NCBI RefSeq assembly: GCF_037042905.1
Contig: NC_087263.1
Span: 9,116,001 to 9,180,000, forward strand
Direction: 5' to 3'
DNA: 64,000 bases
Origin: Lytechinus pictus
Taxonomy: Eukaryota
Below are positions 55,670-64,000 of the stretch, piece by piece. The translations under genes were made by a program, and so were the position numbers. The notes beneath the pieces were generated by a model. The model had not been told where the DNA came from, did no database searches, and worked only from the letters and a program-made list of their open reading frames with translations. Each line of letters starts with the position of its first letter. Within the stretch, counting starts at the first letter, position 1.

Positions 55670-55960
55670 GGATGGATAGATTGAAAGATGGATGGATAGA
55701 AGGATGGATGGATGGATGGATGGATGGATGGATGGATGGATGGATGGGTGGGTGGATGGGTGGGTGGATGGATGGTCGGGTGGATGGATGGAAGGATGGG
55801 TGGATGGATGGGTGGATGGGTGGGTGGATGAATGGATGGATGGGTGGATTGATGGATGGATGGAAGGATGAATGGATGGATGGGTGGGTTTGTGGGTGGG
55901 TGGGTGGATGGGAGGATGGATGGATTAGTTGGTGAATGGATGGACGGAAAGATGGATTGA
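55670..55960. repeat. (GGAT/GGGT)n microsatellite directly upstream of a PDE3 acceptor
   Basis: Direct inspection. Confidence 0.95.
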
Positions 55961-56367
55961 TAAATAAATATAACAAATAGACATACATACATATTTTTAA
56001 TTAATTTGATAAATTTGATAGGTGGATAAGTGTCAGATAATGTAATAAAGTGATTAGATGGGAAAATAAATAGACAGATGAATGGATAAATAAGAATTCA
56101 GATAAACTATTATAATGTGGTTCTATTCAACACTATCTATTTATCAATGATAATTCAAAACAGATAGCATCATGAACAAAGATTGAAAGATCAAGTTTTC
56201 CGCCAAAAGATTATATACATAAATGTGCTTCCATGATTTTAAGCAAAGCATTTTTTATATCAAATCAATGAGTAGATAGGGACTGAGCAAAATAATGCAT
56301 ATTTGTTATCATTTAACCATTCAAATTGTTTTAATTCTATTAATTATCATTCTTTGGTGTTCCATAC

Positions 56368-57035
56368 CTGTTCTTCCGTCGCTTCCGTAATCGCGACGTC
56401 TTCCGTTGGTATTGTCCTTGCCATACCTTCTTCTATAATAGTAGCATGTTCGCTTATCGTGACACTACCTCTCTTTTTGCCGCTCCCCCGAGGCTTAAGA
56501 GAGGACCCATGTGAAGCAAGTTCATCGCTTTTCTCTATATTGTTTGTATTATTATTGTCTGTTGGAGCAGCGGTGGTCTCAGTGTCCTCCACATTCTCTG
56601 ATGCGTCTTTCGCAGCTTCGTCGGGCGTTATCGTCAGCGTTATCGGCTGATTTGATAGCTCCTCAAGCCGCGACGTGTCATCATCGCTCTCCTCCGCCGC
56701 CATCATAGTGTCGTCTAATCTAGGCGATTGTCCATTTTCGGTTTTGAGTAACGTGGGCACGGAACTGCCGCCGAGGGATCCCCGCAGCGAGGATGACCGT
56801 AATCCCTTACCATCGGGAGGCATTAGATTCGGGGAGGGGGAACGTTGACCGAGGCCTCCCGTCCCAACGGAAAACGACCTTGACTTAAGGGAGCCGTCTC
56901 CGCCTCCTTGCCGCAATAATGGGGCGGGGCTACTTGAACGACTATTGCCTGGGCTTGGGGATGATGTGAGGTCACGTGAATGACGGAAGCTGGAGCTGCG
57001 TGTCCTAAGGGGCTGGGGTTCTAAAGTAGGCATAC
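56368..57035 (-). CDS. PDE3: PDE3 exon: Ser/Pro-rich then acidic linker, (G)MPTLEPQPLR...TEATEEQ
   Basis: tgtag|GT acceptor and CAG|gtatgg donor; 668 nt, phase 1-0. Corresponds to ORF 56347..57033. The start GMPTLEP matches PDE3 GLPTLEP. Confidence 0.9.
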
Positions 57036-60000
57036 CTACAGAGAGGAGAAAGTCATATTAACAAATCAAAGACAGTTCAAGATAAATACCCGTTGTGGGA
57101 ACGATCTCAAAATAAGTTTGAACAGAATCAAATTGAATTACCCTCAAAGTGTTTGTATGCATGAATAACAAATATGTCCCAAATAGCTCTGGAAGAAAAC
57201 GCGTAATTGCTGAGAAATGAGCAAAATAAGCACAGATTTCCAACAAATGTCGGGTATTTTTCGAAGCAATATTAATACACTGTCCCACATGAGCTTTTCT
57301 GTGTTAGTGATCGTCAGAATTATCAATTTTGAGCTAGAATTTCATGATTTTACAAAGATAAGTTTACGTTAATGTACCAGATCTAGATGTATGATATTTT
57401 GACAATTAACCCTGATTTGAAAGACTTTCTCAAGAAGTAATTGTTTGCTGCAACTACTGTCTTTTACCTATAAGGCCATCCAAGAGAAATGTAAAAAGTG
57501 GTCACTGTAGACAGGTGACCTTTATAGACAGGATCTATAGCACATATATTCATTCATGTCCTGTTCTGTCCTGTTTTGTTTTTGTGCCTTTTTTGTTTTT
57601 GTCTTTGTTTTGCTTTTAGTATTTGTCCTGTCTTGTCCAAGTGATTGTCTGTTCACACACTCCTGAACTCATGTTTTTTTTATACAGCAGGGGTATATAT
57701 GATATAATATTTTTTGTTAATTGTAACATAGTAGGCATATAAAGGCTTGACCCCACTAGTATTCTTTTTCATTGTACAAACCTTTTTAATTTACAATTTG
57801 AATTTCATTGAGCAAAGATATACTTTAATTAACTATTTATTGCAGGGAACCCATACTAACAAGCTTTGCTTTCCAGTGGGTTCCCTTTTTTCATTTCTGT
57901 ATATTATATTTTTGTGTTTTGCTATACATTGTAACTTTTGTTAAATTTTGGAATGAAAAAGAATAAATGCAATCAATCAATCAATCAATCAAATGGGATT
58001 CAATTCTGGTGGCCACTAAAGTCAGGTTTTCACTATAAACAGGTGGCTGCTAAGACTGTTTTAACTATACAGGGTAAATAAAGACCATCTAAGGGATACA
58101 ATGAAGAAACACCTATGGTTGAAAATATTGAAACAGCTTTGCTATATTTTATTGAGGAATCATTCTTTTGTGCTTTATTATTTGATATATGTTAGCATGT
58201 ACATGTATATGTGTACTAAAAAAGTTATTTTGGTTTTTCAGTAAATTTTTGATGAATTTGAATGAATTAGAAAAAGTGTGAATTTGAATTTCGGAAAATA
58301 TTAATCTCTTCATAAAAGATATTAGAACAATATACTATGAATATGGCCATGTTACTAGTCGTTGAAAAGAAACTAAAAAATTTGACTCAGTTTTTTTACT
58401 TTCTTTCACAAGTTACATGCTCTAGTATGTGGTATACATGTATGTGTTTTTGTTTTGTTTTGTTTTGTGCACAAGGTAAAAACAAAATAATGACTTTCTT
58501 ACATTCCCCAACATTCTTTTTTACTTCTTTGATATAAGCTTATGTTTGCATAACACCCTGCATGCTCTCAAACACTGTAACATGCAAATTTGGCTGCAAC
58601 GGTACATTTGAGGCGATGTTGCCAATTTGGGGAAGTGTCAAGTAACATTTGAACAACACGAGAGGGTTGCCCCGATTCTGTCCCTCTGACACACTAACAC
58701 ACATGCACAGGATCCCCGTACTCTCAAGGCGTTTCTCTGTTGATGTCGTAAACAAGGAGCAATGACGTAGCCATCGCTTTCAACAAGAGGAAACGACGTA
58801 ATTGACTTGCATGGTCGCTGGAAAACGTCAGTCAAAATCTGCCTAATTCAGCCAATTTTGTGATACTAAGGACGCATGGCTATGCAAGCAGCTGATAACG
58901 TATCACCGATGTTCAAAATATCCTGAAGTTGGAATATACAGTTCTTTTTTTCATGCAAAGAAAGTAAGCATGCGATGTACATGGATTTTTCTTAAAACCG
59001 GTAAATGTATGCCTGTAAAACTTCACCCAAGCAAAAACATGAACATGTCGAGCAGGGCTCAATTCAATCCATCGCCATAGTGATTGGTGGCCGGTTAAAT
59101 GGCCTCACTGACCCACTCACTGGCCTTGGTGGTATGTCGTGCCCCTTTTTAATATTATATATTTGCGTTGCAATATAGAAATTTATCCTATAGTAAATGA
59201 ACTCACCCTAAAGTATTTAAATTTAAAGCTTGTATAATATACAAATATTTTCAGACTTGAAAAAAAAAATCATTAAAAAATTCCTATCACAATATAACAG
59301 TAGGCCTAATATACACAATATGGGTGATATGCAAGGGAGAGAGAGCAGATGATTCCACGAATAAACTATTTTTACTGTATCAAAACATTTCATACAATTG
59401 AAATGGAGTTCTTTATTACATACATTTCATGTTTTACTTCATTTACATATCACTGTTTTATAAATTAAGCAAACATGTGACTTGGAATTTCTAGCTTGAT
59501 ATTTGACTTTACTGAAAATATATACATATTTTTTTCTATGTATGATTGTTTGAGTTATTTCTTGTTATTCAAATCAACTTATCAATTACAATTGATGTTG
59601 TTACTATCATTATCATAACCATTTTTATTTATTAAGCGATCTCCTTCACAGCAAAAAGTGCATTGTTATTTTTTTTTGGGGGGGGGGGGGTGGGGGGTGT
59701 TAGACACTGTTAGTTCAACACATATAGGTGTTATTACATCACCTTTTGTTATTAATGTTCAAAAGATTGGTGTTTAGTTCATTCTCTAGGGTGTAACCTT
59801 AACACCCCAGGGTACAGGCCTCTCGGAACACCAACCAGTGTTTAGTTTGAACAGTGATTGTGATATTCATTAGGGTGACAAGACATATGCTCCTGTGACA
59901 TTTGCTCCGGTCGTAATATCTCAGAGGGCATAGGGTTATAGAGTTAGGATTGTAATAGAGTTTTTGGTTCAGAAAGATGTACAGATAAGGATTAGGGTTT

Positions 60001-60099
60001 ATTTAGTTTTGGAGCTTTTATGTTTGGCTTAACATGCAGATTTTCCATCGGAGCAATTGTCGCCAGAGCAAATGTCATGGAAGCATTCATCAGACCTAC

Positions 60100-60175
60100 C
60101 TGTTGCTGAAGTAGTAGTAGTCCAAGTGGTAGACATCCTTCGTATCAAGCTAGGTGGTAAACTTCTTCTTAATCT
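60100..60175 (-). CDS. PDE3: PDE3 exon: [25 protein letters not shown](G)
   Basis: tacag|AGA acceptor and G|gtagg donor; 76 nt, phase 0-1. Nearly identical to the PDE3A segment [26 protein letters not shown] as recalled. Too short for the ORF track. Confidence 0.93.
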
Positions 60176-60544
60176 CTGTATGAAAATTAACAGTCGGTAA
60201 GTAAATTATTATTTAAAGCACAACATAAACCAGCAGTCTTGGATAGCGCCATCTCGAGTCCTCATTTAATCAAATCTGGACAGGTTCCTGAACCCATAAT
60301 GCAACATTCTGAGCAATGTAGTCTATATATTAGGACTATTGGTAATAAAGGACCACTTGGATGATTAAGGCACTGCATTACTATTCAATACATTCATACA
60401 GTGAAATTATGAACATTACCAAGTAGGAGAACATGTCCTTTTCCGACTTAAAATATTTTAGTTTTTTTACACCAATGATAGTCTCATTTATCCTCTGTAT
60501 TGTTAATATTTATCTATAAAAAAAAATTGATGAATCCATTAGTA

Positions 60545-61388
60545 GGGGAAGGCGGGGTAAGTTGAGCCACCGCCCCCAGGCCAATAATGAATTAGTTAGA
60601 CATTATGGTGGTGTCATGTATTGATGACCCATTACATAACCCTTAACCCCACCACATTGTTTTCAACTTTGAAACAAAAAGTACTTTTTTTTTTAGGGAA
60701 AAATACAAATTTCAGCAAAAAAAGTAAAAAAGGGTGTGAAATAGATAAGTGTTTTTTACACACACACTTCTTTACATATAATAAAGCATATGAACAACAT
60801 TGTCAGTCCAGGTATGGATCTTCATTCTTGTCACAGTTTTTTACATGATGGATACATAAGAAATGTGTGGATGCGAAATTATCGCATTAAGTTCGGACTG
60901 GGGTAAGTTGAGCCAGCAAACATGGGGCAAGTTGAGCCATGGTAATTCTTATGGTAATGTAAATGAAAACACAATCAAACCTTAAAAAGCCATCGATATG
61001 CAGGCAGAAAAGAGCAAATTCACATGACAGTTCTTTTACTTTTAGAGAATGTTAGTATTTTTAGAGAATTAGCAAGTGAAAAGACTTTAAATAAAAAATT
61101 GACATGCTGGTTCTTCCCACATACATTTTGTACATGGTTTTTGTGGCTCAACTTACCCTCGAAGGTGGCACAACTTACCCCACAGATGGGGCAAGTTGTG
61201 CCACTTGACATAGTTTTTTTCAAAGGTCACAACGACTTTCAGTGTGGGGGTAGAAAGTTGAATATAGGTGAAAAAGATTTCCCAATAATCATATTTAAAG
61301 GCAAGGTACTTATTTCTACAATATTATTAGTCATATCAATTCTATCATGCAAAATGCAAAAAGTGTCACAACTTACCCCGCCTTCCCC
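60545..61388. mobile_element. Tc1/mariner-superfamily non-autonomous element (GGGG termini)
   Basis: TA|GGGGAAGGCGGGGTAAGTTG...CAACTTACCCCGCCTTCCCC|TA; internal copies of the AAGTTGAGCCA motif. Confidence 0.88.
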
Positions 61389-61662
61389 TACTCATCAATG
61401 CTAATTGATAACACTATCTTATTCTGATAGTCTTATTCTGATATAATGACAATATGATGGCACTCTTCAATCTTTCCAGAATATATGTGCCAGTCCCTGC
61501 GATATGATATCCATATTTTGCATTACATTCATTATGTTTTAATATTGTTGTATATAATCATATGATCATGTAAAGTACATATACTTTGTTTATATTTGAT
61601 GTGTATTTTCAATCATGAATAAAACAAACCAACCAACTTTCGTAAGTAACACATGGCCTCAC

Positions 61663-61920
61663 CTTTGGTAATGATAGAGGGCGCTCTCCTACATAGGGTG
61701 AATCGTCAATGTCTGACGTGTACATGCTCTCGCTTAGCGCCACCAACGGGCTGATCTTGGGCCTCTGTAACGTGTTATAGTTAGTAGGCGGGCTTAAGAG
61801 GGAGCTAACCGCCTTCAAACCGCTGACGACGTTCGGTGGGAGGGTGGAGTCCGCAAGCATGTCCATGATGAGGCCGTGTGCCTCCTGCATGACGGCCACG
61901 TCTACCACTGAATTGCATAC
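61663..61920 (-). CDS. PDE3: PDE3 internal exon (regulatory region): VCNSVVDVAVMQEAHGLIMDMLADSTLPPNV...ERPLSLPK
   Basis: ccag|GTA acceptor and AAG|gtgag donor; 258 nt, phase 0-0. The EAHGLIxDxLADxxLPPNV motif is recalled from PDE3A/B. Confidence 0.92.
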
Positions 61921-62415
61921 CTGGAGAAAATGAGAAAAAGAGGGAGAGAGAATATTCATCAATTTCGGTCTTTGTTATTGTAATTGTAACACCTTAGGGG
62001 TGTGGCCATCCAAAGGGACACCAACTGGTATCAGTTTGAACAACCCAGATAGTACAGTGTAATGGACACTGGCAATCACTCAATCACACACGACGTAATA
62101 TTGGCCAGTTAGGAAACATGTGGACATGCGATACAATCGAGGGCTATCTGAGGTCATTATTAATTAATGACCACACTTAAGCAGCCAGACAGTCTGTCTG
62201 CCGTTGAATCTGGGCATGTGCCAAAGACAATGCTTTGGGATTAAGAAGATCATCCCTAATTAATAATCAAGAGTGACAAGTAGTCAGTGCCCCCTATCCA
62301 CAACAAGCTTCAGAGCTGGAATAGGAAAGTTTTAATAATGTCTTATTTCTATTGTGACTTGACATTCATTGCACTTTCTTGCAGGGTTAAGGCCTCTACA
62401 CTACTTCTCAATTAC

Positions 62416-62851
62416 GCTCTTCACACTGCACATATTTTCCTTAACCCCGTAAAAAAAGGTAGCCCCACCAGTTTCCCAGGGTTAAGATTAGCTCACTTCG
62501 GTTTCACACTACGTTTTAGCAAAGTGGGCTAGCACGGTAAATAGTACGGTACTATCTGGCCCTGCAAAGAAGCAGGGTTAGCTGGCTTGTTGCGGTGCTA
62601 AGAGATGTAGTTTGAATCGAAACCGGGCTAAGGAAAAGTGGGGCTAAGCCTTAGACAGAAGTCAAAATTGCACATTAATCACGCTCTGTGTGGCAAAGTC
62701 ATCAATATTCATGAGCTCTACGATTGTCCGGGGTTAAGGCCATGACCCCGGCTAAGCAAATAGTATGGGGTTAAGAGACAAATGTGAAACCAAACAACAA
62801 AAATATGAGATTAAGGATAGTATGGGGTTAAGGAAATGCAGTGTGAAAAGC
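62416..62851. mobile_element. MITE
   Basis: GCTCTTCACACTGCA....TTTCCTTAACCCC / GGGGTTAAGGAAATGCAGTGTGAAAAGC. Confidence 0.75.
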
Positions 62852-63004
62852 ATAAATGTTTCTGTGATTTGCATAAATGCAAATGCAATATAGAGAGTTC
62901 ACGCAATTTGCCATGATGTATTACAGAAAAGAGCACCTGTGCATTACACTATTAAAATGATGTAATCAGAGCTTCATCATACTGATATTTATGGTTGTCC
63001 TCCA

Positions 63005-63197
63005 ACATGGCTGCATTTTAAGCTCTCTATAGGCCTCACACCGCTAAATATTTCCCCACAGACACGTGTACATGGCTGCTTATTACGCTCTATAGGCCTC
63101 ACATCTCTAAATATTTCCCTACAGGCATGTGTACATGGCTGCCTTGTTAAGCTGTATAGGCCTCACACCTCTAAATATTTCCCCACAGACACGTGTT
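63005..63197. repeat. ~62-bp tandem triplication
   Basis: Three copies of TATAGGCCTCACA..(T/G)CTAAATATTTCCC.ACAG.CA.GTGT. Confidence 0.9.
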
Positions 63198-64000
63198 AAT
63201 GAATAGCAATAGGTGTTGTGGCTCAGTGGACAAGTCTTCAGATTTTGAACAAGAAGCACCGAGCTTTAATCCCACTGAAGCACTTGCATCCTTTGGGCAA
63301 GGCTTTATCTACATTTGCTACTCTTCACCCAGGTTTAGTAAATGGGTACCTGACTGAAAGAAATTCCTTGAATGCTTGAGCACTCATTTAGATTTGCCAT
63401 GCCAAAGCACGAGTAACAGTATACAGTGCTTAGAAACATTATATTAAGCTCTATATAAATGTTGATTAACATTATCTACAATAGGAGGACTAATGTTCAC
63501 AAGCAGTAGAGAGGAAATATATACGTGGTATGACATTTTTTTATTATTCAAATAAACTTGTTGTTGAGCATTCTTCAGAACTGATTTATTATAATTCCAT
63601 TTTTCACCCAAAAAATATTGGGAAATCATAGAATAACAGTCAGTGCTACACTACCCCCACCCCCCCCCCCCAAAAAAAAGAAGAAAAAAAAAGAATAATG
63701 AATCAGCAATGATTATGTGGGGGTATTTTTTTCTCCCAAAACAATGCCCGACTCTGCAGTCTTCCATCAAGTTCAAGAAAACATGAATCTCTTAAAGTAT
63801 ATATTTCACTGTCTGAAATTACTGTGACCTTTTTTGCTATTATTTTCAAATATTTATCAATATCCTTCATGGGTTTTTCACCAGGAAACAGTAATTATAG
63901 ACAGCTGAGTCTGTGCTGATCGCAGCACCCCTCCTATCAGTATAGCAATACAACACAGTGGAACAACGATGTATCACTGAAAATCAACCCCCTCCAACCC

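Overview
AT-rich, repeat-dense invertebrate genomic DNA. The repeat landscape suggests an echinoderm such as a sea urchin, which is an inference. The main feature is the 3' part of a spliced cGMP-inhibited cyclic-nucleotide phosphodiesterase (PDE3) gene on the minus strand. I reconstructed 14 GT-AG exons with consistent phases from 61920 down to a stop codon at 30084-30086 (2664 nt, 887 aa in this window; the N-terminus lies beyond the right edge). A probable ~8.3 kb 3' UTR ends near 21770. The remainder is transposon debris: two LINE reverse-transcriptase pseudogenes, many MITEs with readable target-site duplications (TSDs), a 3.8 kb Academ-like foldback element, tRNA-derived SINEs, two Penelope-like insertions with hammerhead-like cores, and simple repeats. 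Two observations stand out. First, four catalytic-domain exons each have partial copies of themselves, splice site included, in the adjacent intron, and one array forms in-frame 96-nt cassette-exon candidates. Second, one array copy shows TA converted to TACATGTA, which suggests that this abundant motif is a Tc1/mariner excision footprint. I cannot establish a new biological system from sequence alone; these are testable candidates.
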